Shown piece by piece: positions 33,735 through 42,909 of a DNA stretch of 43,000 nt; within the stretch, counting starts at the first letter, position 1, and the number at the start of each line of letters is the position of its first letter. This DNA comes from a virus (taxonomy: Duplodnaviria > Heunggongvirae > Uroviricota > Caudoviricetes). The translations under genes were made by a program, and so were the position numbers. The notes beneath the pieces are model-generated. The model saw only the letters and a list, made by a program, of their open reading frames with translations. It had not been told where the DNA came from and searched no databases. The DNA is taken from positions 1 to 43,000 of the IMG/VR virus record IMGVR_UViG_3300021387_000463. One strand, 5' to 3'.

Positions 33735-35924
33735 ATGGAAGTAAGAAAGAGCGATAGTTCCTTTGAAGAGTATACCCCTTCGAAGGTAAAACATGGAATT
33801 TGTGAAGCTTATGCAGCTACAGGTGAAGTATGTCCTGATGGATTGATTGAGTCCCTTATTAGAAATTTATTTATCTACGATAAAATATCTTCTAAAGAAA
33901 TACGAAGACAAGTAGAGGAAGCCTTAATGTCAGTAAACAAGAAGGTAGCTAGAGAATATATAAAGAAGTATGAGGAAAAGGAAGGTAAGAGTAGCACACT
34001 CAAAAAGGACAGCGATTTTATAAAAGACTACATAAATGCTTCAAACGCATCAACAGGTTCTAAGTATGATTCCAACGCAAACGTTGAGAACAAGAACGTT
34101 GTAACATTGGGTCAAGAGTTGCATAAGGGAAAGAACATCATGCAGAATAGGTACATTATGCAAAATAAAATCAAAGTATTGTACTCTAAGAAACTTGCAG
34201 ACCAATATATTAAAGACCTCGAATCACATGTATTGTACAAACATGACGAAAGTGGGACACCAGGATACCCATATTGTGTTGCAATTACAATGTATCCATT
34301 CCTCATCGATGGTTTAACAAAGATTGGAGGACAATCTAAAGCTCCAACAGACCTTAAATCATATTGTGGTGAGTTTATCAATCTAGTTTATTCAGTATCT
34401 TCACAATTCATGGGTGCAGTTGCAACCCCAGAATTCCTTATGTATATGGATTATTTCATTAGGAAAGATTATGGTGATGATTATTTGACAATACTTGATA
34501 AGGTAGTTGAACTAAATAAAAAGGCTAGAACACTTGAGCAAGTTATTGAAAATGCGTTCCAACAAGTAGTACACTCAATGAATATGCCAGCTGGTAATCG
34601 TGGATACCAAACAGTCTTCTGGAATGTTGGTTATTTTGATAAAAACTATTTCGATGGTGTATTTGGCGAATTTAAGTTCCCTGACGGAACAGCACCAAAA
34701 TGGGAAACACTATCTTGGCTTCAGAAGAAATTCATGAAATGGTTCAATGAAGAAAGAACCAAATATGTACTAACATTCCCAGTAGAGACAATGGCAATGC
34801 TTACTGATGGGCATGACATTGTTGATAAAGAATATGCTGACTTCACGGCAGAAATGTGGAGTGAAGGACATTCATTCTTCTGCTACTTGAGCGACTCACC
34901 AGACTCTTTGAGTTCTTGTTGCAGACTTAGAAACTCACTTAAGGATGGAGAAGATGATGAACACAACCACACAACACACCAATTCTCAATGGGCACAGCT
35001 TCTGTTGCAACTGGTTCTAAATCAGTTATGACTATAAACCTTAATAGAGTAATACAAAATGCCACAAGAGATTATTTCGAGCAATACGAGGGAATCATCC
35101 TCAAGGAAGGTGAACAAGTAGATATCGATAAAGTAAAGGATAAGAAACTACTTTATGAATTTATCTCAAATGGTATCACTGAAATAACTGAAAGGGTACA
35201 CAAGTACCAAAGAGCATTCAATGAGATAATAAAGGATTTCCTTAATGCTAATATGCTTGACATCTATAGAGCTGGATTCATTAATATGAAAAAACAATAT
35301 CTAACCATTGGTGTGAATGGTCTTACAGATGCAGCAGAGTTCTTATCAATTGATGCAAACCTTAATGACAAGTATGAGGAATTTGTAAATTTAATTCTTG
35401 AGACTATCAACATTTCTAATAGGAAAGATAAGACAAGAGATTGCATGTACAATACTGAGTTCGTTCCAGGTGAAAATCTTTCAAATAAGAACTATAATTG
35501 GGATAAGAAAGATGGATACTACGTATCACCAAAGCACGTGATGTACAGTAGTTATTTCTTCAATCCAGAGGATACAGAACTTTCAATCCTTGATAAAATG
35601 AAACTACATGGCAAGAATTATGTAAAGTATCTTGATGGAGGACAAGCAGCACACTTGAACATTAATGAGCATCTTTCATTTGACCAATATAGGCAGTTAT
35701 TGAGAGTTGCTTCAGAATATGGCTGTAGCTACTTTACGTTTAACTGTAAAAACACAGTATGTAACGATTGCGGATTCATAAGCAAGGATACACTTGAGGT
35801 ATGCCCTAAGTGTGGAAGCCACAATGTAGACTACTTAACTAGAATTATCGGATACTTGAAACGTGTAAGCTCTTTTAACGAAGCAAGACAAGTAGAAGAA
35901 CATATGAGAAGTTATAGGCAATAA
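33735..35924 (+). CDS. nrdD: anaerobic (class III) ribonucleoside-triphosphate reductase with N-terminal ATP cone
   Basis: EVRKSD ATP-cone, LYKHD, SSCCRL thiyl loop, C-terminal CxxC..CxxC, glycyl radical motif TRIIGYL. Confidence 0.95.
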   Translation: MEVRKSDSSFEEYTPSKVKHGICEAYAATGEVCPDGLIESLIRNLFIYDKISSKEIRRQVEEALMSVNKKVAREYIKKYEEKEGKSSTLKKDSDFIKDYINASNASTGSKYDSNANVENKNVVTLGQELHKGKNIMQNRYIMQNKIKVLYSKKLADQYIKDLESHVLYKHDESGTPGYPYCVAITMYPFLIDGLTKIGGQSKAPTDLKSYCGEFINLVYSVSSQFMGAVATPEFLMYMDYFIRKDYGDDYLTILDKVVELNKKARTLEQVIENAFQQVVHSMNMPAGNRGYQTVFWNVGYFDKNYFDGVFGEFKFPDGTAPKWETLSWLQKKFMKWFNEERTKYVLTFPVETMAMLTDGHDIVDKEYADFTAEMWSEGHSFFCYLSDSPDSLSSCCRLRNSLKDGEDDEHNHTTHQFSMGTASVATGSKSVMTINLNRVIQNATRDYFEQYEGIILKEGEQVDIDKVKDKKLLYEFISNGITEITERVHKYQRAFNEIIKDFLNANMLDIYRAGFINMKKQYLTIGVNGLTDAAEFLSIDANLNDKYEEFVNLILETINISNRKDKTRDCMYNTEFVPGENLSNKNYNWDKKDGYYVSPKHVMYSSYFFNPEDTELSILDKMKLHGKNYVKYLDGGQAAHLNINEHLSFDQYRQLLRVASEYGCSYFTFNCKNTVCNDCGFISKDTLEVCPKCGSHNVDYLTRIIGYLKRVSSFNEARQVEEHMRSYRQ

Positions 35925-35944
35925 TAATTGATAAAATTAGTGTT

Positions 35945-36769
35945 ATGTTAGATTTAGACAAAATCTATTGTGGGGATTCTGAAGAGTTACTTAAAAATAT
36001 TGATAGTAACACAATTGATTTAATTATAACCTCGCCACCTTATGATGATTTAAGACATTATAACGGAGTTTGCAAAGATTGCTGGAACAAACAAAAATTT
36101 GAGGCAATTGCGACTGAGTTATCTAGGGTGCTCAAAGATGGTGGGGTTTTAATTTGGAATGTTGACGATAAAACCGAAAACGGTGGTAAAACAGGTACTT
36201 CTATGCGTCAAGCATTGTATTTTATGGATAACTGCGGTTTAAAACTTAATGACTATATGTATTGGAGAAAAAAAAATCCAATGCCACAAGTAAAGCAGCC
36301 AAGGTATACAAAACGAATTGAGTTTATGTTCTGTTTTGTTAAAGGAGATAAACCTAAAACATTTAACCCAATAATGATACCATGCAAATCTGCTGGGAAA
36401 CATTACAATTCAACCGCTAAGAATATTGGAGGAGAAAATGGTAGAAGGAATCTAGATTATAACGTTAATCAAGAAATGATAGATTTCCAAGATTGGGATA
36501 TTGCAGTTGCACAAAATAGAAGGCTGTTCGATGTAAGCAGTGGTAATAAGTTAAAACATCCAGCAGTATTCCCAATCGAGATACCAATTAGGCATATTAA
36601 GTCTTGGACAAATGAGGGTGATGTTGTTCTTGACCCATTTATGGGCAGTGGTACGACAGCATTGGCAGCATTGGAATTAAACCGCCATTATATTGGACTT
36701 GAAATGAATCAAGATTATGTTGATATTGCAAACACGTTAATTGATGAAAAAATTGTGAGATATGATTGA
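35945..36769 (+). CDS. DNA N4-cytosine/N6-adenine methyltransferase (beta class)
   Basis: TSPPY catalytic motif, HPAVFP, VLDPFMGSGTT. Confidence 0.92.
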   Translation: MLDLDKIYCGDSEELLKNIDSNTIDLIITSPPYDDLRHYNGVCKDCWNKQKFEAIATELSRVLKDGGVLIWNVDDKTENGGKTGTSMRQALYFMDNCGLKLNDYMYWRKKNPMPQVKQPRYTKRIEFMFCFVKGDKPKTFNPIMIPCKSAGKHYNSTAKNIGGENGRRNLDYNVNQEMIDFQDWDIAVAQNRRLFDVSSGNKLKHPAVFPIEIPIRHIKSWTNEGDVVLDPFMGSGTTALAALELNRHYIGLEMNQDYVDIANTLIDEKIVRYD

Positions 36770-36980
36770 AATATATAGAAAAGAAGGCTGGGTTCTTAAC
36801 CCAAATGATAAGGTTGTGAATGCAATTCTTAAGAGGTGTGAGAAGTGTGATGGATTATGTCCTTGTACACACGATTCTGAGGACTATGAGGGCAAAGATT
36901 TGCATTGCCCTTGCAGTGACTACAGAATGAAAAATAAATGCGAATGTGGACTTTATATTAAGGAAGATGAAGTATTATAA
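36762..36980 (+). CDS. ferredoxin-thioredoxin reductase catalytic subunit-like protein
   Basis: LNPN, CPC...CPC...CECGLY pattern. Confidence 0.8.
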   Translation: MIEIYRKEGWVLNPNDKVVNAILKRCEKCDGLCPCTHDSEDYEGKDLHCPCSDYRMKNKCECGLYIKEDEVL

Positions 36981-37461
36981 TGCAATGGTGGTATTCGAGG
37001 AAATACCAAATGAGGTTACGTTGGCAATTAACATAACAAATTGTCCTTGCCACTGCAAAGGCTGTCACTCAAAGTTCCTTTGGGAAGATGTTGGCACTGA
37101 ACTCACAATTGATGAATTAAATAGACTGATTGATAAAAACGATGGAATAACGACAGTTTGCTTTATGGGTGGCGATGCAAATCCTGAAATAATAGATGCA
37201 TTGGCAGAATATGTGCATGAAATCAGACATCTTAAGGTTGGGTGGTACAGTGGAATGGATGATTTTTACAAAAACATTAATTTTAATTGGTATGATTATA
37301 TTAAGCTAGGACATTATAATGAAGAATCTGGACCACTCAATAAACCAACTACTAATCAAAAACTATTTAAACTGTACCATAAGAAACTTGAAGATGATGT
37401 AATACGTATAGATTTTGAGAATATTACTCATTTATTTTGGAAAAAAAGGTATCTAAACTAG
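36967..37461 (+). CDS. nrdG: anaerobic RNR activating enzyme (radical SAM)
   Basis: EIPNEVTL, CPCHCKGCHS (CxxxCxxC), FMGGD, TTNQ. Confidence 0.92.
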   Translation: MKYYNAMVVFEEIPNEVTLAINITNCPCHCKGCHSKFLWEDVGTELTIDELNRLIDKNDGITTVCFMGGDANPEIIDALAEYVHEIRHLKVGWYSGMDDFYKNINFNWYDYIKLGHYNEESGPLNKPTTNQKLFKLYHKKLEDDVIRIDFENITHLFWKKRYLN

Positions 37462-37473
37462 ATACCTTTTTTT
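37441..37473. terminator. bidirectional terminator
   Basis: aaaaaaaggtatcta-aac-tagatacctttttt. Confidence 0.8.
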
Positions 37474-37490
37474 ATTGTTTCTAGGTAGCC

Positions 37491-38297
37491 TTAACCTTTC
37501 TGAGAAATTGTGAATTTCTTTGATGTACATGCCACATCATTAACGTACCATGTTATAACGCAATTACGTTTTTGACCAGTTGTGTTAGGCTTTACAGTAT
37601 ATTCGACAGTACCAAGTTTGTTTGCATAATCACCAATATTATTAACAGCATCTTGTACAGCTTGAGGATATACACTCAATGGTGGATGATATTCCCAAGG
37701 ATGGTCTTGATAACTTGGGTGTTCACAAGACCTTATTATGCCCTTATCAACAAAATATGGGTCTGTTTTTTTATCGCTAGGCGATTGTATACATAAATCA
37801 GTATCACTTCTAGACCATTCACATTCGTCAGTGCTTACTGGACTAGATGCAGCCTCATCTATTTTAGCTAACACCATAAGGCGTTGCGCTACACTTGGAT
37901 ATGCGTTATAAAGAGAACACATAGTACTATCTGGGTCAATTCCCCATCTGTATTGTTTGACTTCAATCCAAGTACATGTTTCTGAAGTTATTCCATTCTC
38001 ACTAAATATAGGTTTTCCTTCAGCAGCAATCCAGGCACTATCACAACCTACACCGCCTTCTGCTTCAACATCCATATACTTTCCACTATCTACGATGAAG
38101 TAATCACATATTCTAGGCTGTGGTGGGTCTGGTTTTCCACCACAGTCCACTGGAAGATTATATATGGTTTTGGCAGTACATCCAACTTCATTGTCACATA
38201 TCACTGTATATTGCGTAATGCTAGCATTTTCTGGAAATGTAAAGCTGCCATCACCATTATTAGTTACGCCATCACTAGGTTCAATCGACCATTTCAT
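37491..38297 (-). CDS. Cys-rich beta-sandwich protein with BACON-like C-terminus, possibly virion/tail-associated
   Basis: YTVKPNTTGQKRNCVIT...FTISQKG; W.I.P N-terminal module shared with 40645..42735. Confidence 0.55.
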   Translation of the reverse strand: MKWSIEPSDGVTNNGDGSFTFPENASITQYTVICDNEVGCTAKTIYNLPVDCGGKPDPPQPRICDYFIVDSGKYMDVEAEGGVGCDSAWIAAEGKPIFSENGITSETCTWIEVKQYRWGIDPDSTMCSLYNAYPSVAQRLMVLAKIDEAASSPVSTDECEWSRSDTDLCIQSPSDKKTDPYFVDKGIIRSCEHPSYQDHPWEYHPPLSVYPQAVQDAVNNIGDYANKLGTVEYTVKPNTTGQKRNCVITWYVNDVACTSKKFTISQKG

Positions 38298-38317
38298 ATA
38301 TCTTCTTTTTTTTTTAA

Positions 38318-40630
38318 TTAAATGCTACCAGCACCGTCATCATGAGTACTGCAACGACAAAGCTTATAGTAAAGAATTCTAATACCATTGTCATTGCGCA
38401 TTGTTATCTTTGCTGTTTTCTCTTCGCCTTCTCCCACTGCTGGGCAGATAAGCTCGTAATTCTTATTAGTTTCCCAAGTTCCGCTTGTCTTACCATCAAC
38501 AGTTTTCATTCCAGCACCTTCGATTGTGAATTCAACCTTCTGTGATACGTTAATTGATGGATGTCTATCTGTATCTGCTTGCTTCTTACAATTGTGAGTG
38601 ATTGTCTGTTCACCAGAATCACAGTGACAGCTTCCATAACCGCCAATAGCGTATGATAGTGTTAGATTTACCTTTTCAGTTGGTGTTGGAGTTGGTTCTG
38701 GACTTGGATTCTCAAGTTCCTTTCTTGCCTCTTCCAATCTAGCATCATAGTCACTTGCTGCGTGTGCAACAGCATTTGTAGCACCGCCAAGCACTCTACC
38801 ATTCACTGTGTCACTGTTCCAATGGTATCTTGCAATGGTTCTGTTAACAGCAAACTGATTCAAAGCTCTCAGTATCTTGTCAGATAATTCTGGCATAAGC
38901 TCCATGAGCACCATTCCAGCTCCTTGTATGCCAGAAGAGTGTCCACTTGGATATGAGTTTGCATATAACGAGTTTTTCTGTGCCTCACAGAAAGCATCTT
39001 CCTCAGCTTGTGTATAAACCCATTGGTTCTTTGATGTATAATAACCGAACTGTGAACTGTCCTTGCATCCGTCGTTATCTTCTATGTCAATATCGCAAAG
39101 GGCATTTCTTCTATCATCTGTTGCTGAGTTCTTTACACCTTCTTGAGACCAAGAACAGCCTGGTCTTAGCCTTCCATACTGTTTTGGAAATACGTCCTTG
39201 CTCTGCAATATGGTTCTTGATGAACTTGAAGCCTTTAACGAATCAAATGCAAAATCAGCCATCTTCCCATATCCGTTAAACCTTCTTCCTATGGTGTCAA
39301 CACCAAACACTGGGTGGAACTTATAATTATCAACAGTCACATTATCACCAAACAAATGATATGTGCAAGCCTCCTCATCGGCTATTGCTTGTACAACCTT
39401 TTCATAGAACTTAGCCTCATCAAGATTATAATCCTTTACAACCATTTCGTGTATCTCACGGTCAACAAGGAGATTGCTCTTCTCGTCCTTCTTCTCATTT
39501 GGATAAGTCACGTCTGGTCGTGAGGAATAACCTGGAGCATATGGTCCAGGTGCAGTTGGCATAAACTGTCTGAAGTCAGTATAAAAATCATCATCACCAA
39601 CTGACTCTTTATCAGTCTTGCGCAAGTCATACAATGTATTGTTGTATTTGCTTCCACCAATTTCCTTTCTCATAGAGTCAACGTTAGGCTTCTTTAATCC
39701 CCTCATTGACACATACAATGATGAAGCAACAAGACGTGCAACGTTAGGGTCACACTTGAACTTGTATCCATATATATTTGAATATCTGTCATATCCACCC
39801 ATCTCATAGCCAATCTTAAAGATATATACCCTTCTATTTGGTTTCAGTTCTGACAATACCAATGAGAACAACCATCCAGCAAAACACTTGAAACTAGATG
39901 TCTCATCACCATTATCCCCATAGAAATTGTATATGTTAGGGAAATTAGCTTCCTTATACAATGCTGGAATTCCATTAGCAGATGTTTCTCCGTAATACTG
40001 AGCCTTTGCCTCACAATAAATCTTCTTGAGATAATTGTAAGTCTCACTACCAACCTTCACGTCAGCCTCACTTCTGAATGCGTCCAAGATGGTTGTAAAC
40101 TCATCGTCTACAGCACTTGCTTGGGTAACGTCAAAGAAATCATCCTTTGATACGTTCTCTCCAGAAAGATGAGTGATGTAACGAGTTGTTCTTTCCTCTC
40201 CGTAGTTTGTATCAGATACAACGGCTGTAATGTCTCCATCTTCAAACTTGATGTCTGAAAGGAAATTAATACCCTCAGAGTCATTTACTGACCATTCACC
40301 ATCACAGATATTCTCCGTGTCATACCAACCAATCTTTGTCCTTTCTGCTGAAGCAAAGTAAGGTACAGCATCTTGTATTTTATGTGTTTCACTATCAGCG
40401 ATACATGTTGGTTCAGTGTCTCCAGTATCAGGTGTATCTCCACTATCGATTGGCTCAGTATCTCCAGTATCTACTGGTTCTGGAGCATCAGGTTCCGTGT
40501 CACCACTTGAAGGTGTCTCGCCACTGTCTGGAATTGGCTGTGGTGGATTTGGTTTTCTATTCTTAAAGTAAAACCATACGCAAACTCCTATTATCAATAG
40601 GATTGTTAAAATTACGATTACTGTTGTCAT
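38318..40630 (-). CDS. membrane-anchored PAP2 / class A acid phosphatase-like protein
   Basis: N-terminal TM, Pro/Asp linker, GRLRP, SYPSGHS, NRTIARYHWNSD. Confidence 0.8.
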   Translation of the reverse strand: MTTVIVILTILLIIGVCVWFYFKNRKPNPPQPIPDSGETPSSGDTEPDAPEPVDTGDTEPIDSGDTPDTGDTEPTCIADSETHKIQDAVPYFASAERTKIGWYDTENICDGEWSVNDSEGINFLSDIKFEDGDITAVVSDTNYGEERTTRYITHLSGENVSKDDFFDVTQASAVDDEFTTILDAFRSEADVKVGSETYNYLKKIYCEAKAQYYGETSANGIPALYKEANFPNIYNFYGDNGDETSSFKCFAGWLFSLVLSELKPNRRVYIFKIGYEMGGYDRYSNIYGYKFKCDPNVARLVASSLYVSMRGLKKPNVDSMRKEIGGSKYNNTLYDLRKTDKESVGDDDFYTDFRQFMPTAPGPYAPGYSSRPDVTYPNEKKDEKSNLLVDREIHEMVVKDYNLDEAKFYEKVVQAIADEEACTYHLFGDNVTVDNYKFHPVFGVDTIGRRFNGYGKMADFAFDSLKASSSSRTILQSKDVFPKQYGRLRPGCSWSQEGVKNSATDDRRNALCDIDIEDNDGCKDSSQFGYYTSKNQWVYTQAEEDAFCEAQKNSLYANSYPSGHSSGIQGAGMVLMELMPELSDKILRALNQFAVNRTIARYHWNSDTVNGRVLGGATNAVAHAASDYDARLEEARKELENPSPEPTPTPTEKVNLTLSYAIGGYGSCHCDSGEQTITHNCKKQADTDRHPSINVSQKVEFTIEGAGMKTVDGKTSGTWETNKNYELICPAVGEGEEKTAKITMRNDNGIRILYYKLCRCSTHDDGAGSI
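40408..40531 (-). repeat. low-complexity D(S/T)GD(T)EP peptide repeat linker
   Basis: DSGETPSSGDTEPDAPEPVDTGDTEPIDSGDTPDTGDTEP. Confidence 0.7.
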
Positions 40631-40644
40631 ATTATTAAATATTA

Positions 40645-42735
40645 TTATCCTAATTGTGAGAAATTAAACTTTGATTGTTTGCCTTCGCTATCATATTTAC
40701 CACACTTTGCAACTATATGTACATATACATCATGTCCAGTGTTATTTTCTGGTAAATTACTCATAACTATAAAATAAGGATTCCACCATTCTGGATGACC
40801 ATATGGTTTTCTTGTAGAGGCATCATCTGGGTTTGCTGTATCACTAGCATTTTCGTCTTCATTTAATGATAATTGAACTACGCTTAGAACTCTTTCAACA
40901 TATTCAACATTCTCTTGGGCTTCATCACTGCTTATAGTTCTATTATTACCATTAGGGTCCTTATATAGTAACACAGGTAGTACATCAAACTCTGGACATT
41001 GAGACGGATAGCATTCTCCTGGATTATCGGCTGTCCAACCATTAGGTTTCCACTGACCAATTTTTATAGAACCAGTAAATCCAGTTTTAGGCGCAAAACC
41101 ATTACCACTACCACTACTATCACGATTCCAAGCGTCACCGCCTCCACCAAATCTTGAGTGTGAACATTCGCAATTTTCATAGCATTCAGTTGGTGTTGGC
41201 TGTAGATTGCAAGTTGGGTAAATTTCGTTAAATAATGTGTCAAAATCATTGAATCCCATTAGGTATCCTATACAAGAAGAAGCGATTACTTGTCCTATTA
41301 ACACATCAGTTGGCCAATGTGCTTTAACAACATATCTGTGGTTTCCATATAATACGCCTCTTTCAGCTCTAGTCATGTACACTCCTTCTTTTGTGTTTAT
41401 CTCACATTGTTCATTACCATCGTATAGAATAGATAACAATGCAGCAGTATAACCCCAAGAAGCATGCCCAGAAGGGTATGAGGTGTTACCACTTACATAA
41501 TCTTGTTGGCCATCACAAACAGAAGCATCTTCGTAACTGCACACTTGTTCAACATACTCTTGTTCAACTTCGTCATCACAAATGAATTTTATCTGTATAC
41601 TCTGTGTAGCATCACCAACTGTACATTTGCTTGGGCGCCATCTTCCAGCCATGCTTTTTGCAAAATTACTTGCTAGATACTCAACCTCTTCACAACCGTG
41701 TACTCTTTGATAAGTGTCATGCGCTTTAGCACCAATAAATTCATCGAATTTTCTATTACAATAATCGTTTTCCAAATCGACACCATATATTGTACGAGCA
41801 TAACAAGGTGTATGTCTTTTATCATATAATGGTAAATAACCATAATCATAACTTCTTTTCAAATCGTCGGCATTAAGATAATGACCATTTTGATTTAAGG
41901 CAAACATTAAACTACCATCATATGTGTTATAATTTTCAACTCCTGGAAATGTTCCACTAGATTGACTAGGTACTTTAGGGATATATTTGTTATATGCCTC
42001 TGGAACATAGTCTCTAATATCATAAGCACTTGGATTATTTCTAACATCGTATAAAATATCGAATGATGTATTATTTTTTCCAGCTCCAGAAACTCCAGCA
42101 TTAAATAATTCAGTTCTAGATTTTCTAACTATTTCTTTACACTCTGTATATGTTTCATGCCTAAATTGGGCGAACATTGCGGCACTATCAATTCTAGCCT
42201 TATATATAGCAACTTCTTTATTGTATTCTGCAACTGTTATTGCTGTTAGTGGAGGAATACCACCCCAAGGAGCATAACTAGATTGTCCAGTTTCTACTGG
42301 AGTTCCAGTTGCTCTTCTGAAAAACTTGGTAACTGTTTTAGGATTTGGAACTAATTCAGAAAACATATTAGCCATAAACCATCCAACAGCGACTTCTTTC
42401 ACGTCAGCATCTAAAGTAGATACATGCTCTCTTATATATGTCCATCCTCTTTTTAAGTATTCATAAGTACATACAGTGTCCCCATCATGTTCAATTTCAA
42501 TATTAAGACAATCATGAGCAAACCAATTAATACATCCTTCAAAATCAGTATTTCTCTCTGGTTCACACGTAATACACTCAACAGTTATTGTTGTACTCTT
42601 GCTACAAGTATTATCTTTTTTATATGTCACTTTAATGCTAGTACCAAGAGGTGTATCATTTGGTATAGTTAGTTTAATACTGCTATCTCCAACTAGTGTA
42701 TATTCTAAAGGTGGGTCTATTATCCAATTCGCCAT
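40645..42735 (-). CDS. PAP2 / class A acid phosphatase-like protein with Cys-rich and BACON-like modules
   Basis: KSMAGRWRP (Kx6RP), SYPSGHA, RYVVKAHWPTD (Rx5Hx3D); C-terminal PENNTG...FNFSQ. Confidence 0.8.
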   Translation of the reverse strand: MANWIIDPPLEYTLVGDSSIKLTIPNDTPLGTSIKVTYKKDNTCSKSTTITVECITCEPERNTDFEGCINWFAHDCLNIEIEHDGDTVCTYEYLKRGWTYIREHVSTLDADVKEVAVGWFMANMFSELVPNPKTVTKFFRRATGTPVETGQSSYAPWGGIPPLTAITVAEYNKEVAIYKARIDSAAMFAQFRHETYTECKEIVRKSRTELFNAGVSGAGKNNTSFDILYDVRNNPSAYDIRDYVPEAYNKYIPKVPSQSSGTFPGVENYNTYDGSLMFALNQNGHYLNADDLKRSYDYGYLPLYDKRHTPCYARTIYGVDLENDYCNRKFDEFIGAKAHDTYQRVHGCEEVEYLASNFAKSMAGRWRPSKCTVGDATQSIQIKFICDDEVEQEYVEQVCSYEDASVCDGQQDYVSGNTSYPSGHASWGYTAALLSILYDGNEQCEINTKEGVYMTRAERGVLYGNHRYVVKAHWPTDVLIGQVIASSCIGYLMGFNDFDTLFNEIYPTCNLQPTPTECYENCECSHSRFGGGGDAWNRDSSGSGNGFAPKTGFTGSIKIGQWKPNGWTADNPGECYPSQCPEFDVLPVLLYKDPNGNNRTISSDEAQENVEYVERVLSVVQLSLNEDENASDTANPDDASTRKPYGHPEWWNPYFIVMSNLPENNTGHDVYVHIVAKCGKYDSEGKQSKFNFSQLG

Positions 42736-42909
42736 ATTTTATATTTTTTTTTAACATAAATATTTTTACTATATAAAAAAATAAGTGTATGGATATTCAA
42801 AGTCAAATGTAATTAGAAGTGGCTGCATTTTTTATTTATTTTCTTGGGCAAAAAGTTATTTTTTATATACTTATAAGAAATAATTTTTCAAAATGGCAAA
42901 GAAACAATA

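Noticed and set aside
32141-35924. Intein or group I intron in helicase or nrdD
   Set aside because: Both ORFs are uninterrupted, of normal length and lack intein terminal motifs.
379-42672. Numerous short opposite-strand or out-of-frame ORFs nested in long genes (e.g. 504..914, 26416..26868, 30259..30687, 38947..39279)
   Set aside because: Fully overlap well-supported genes and have shadow-like composition.
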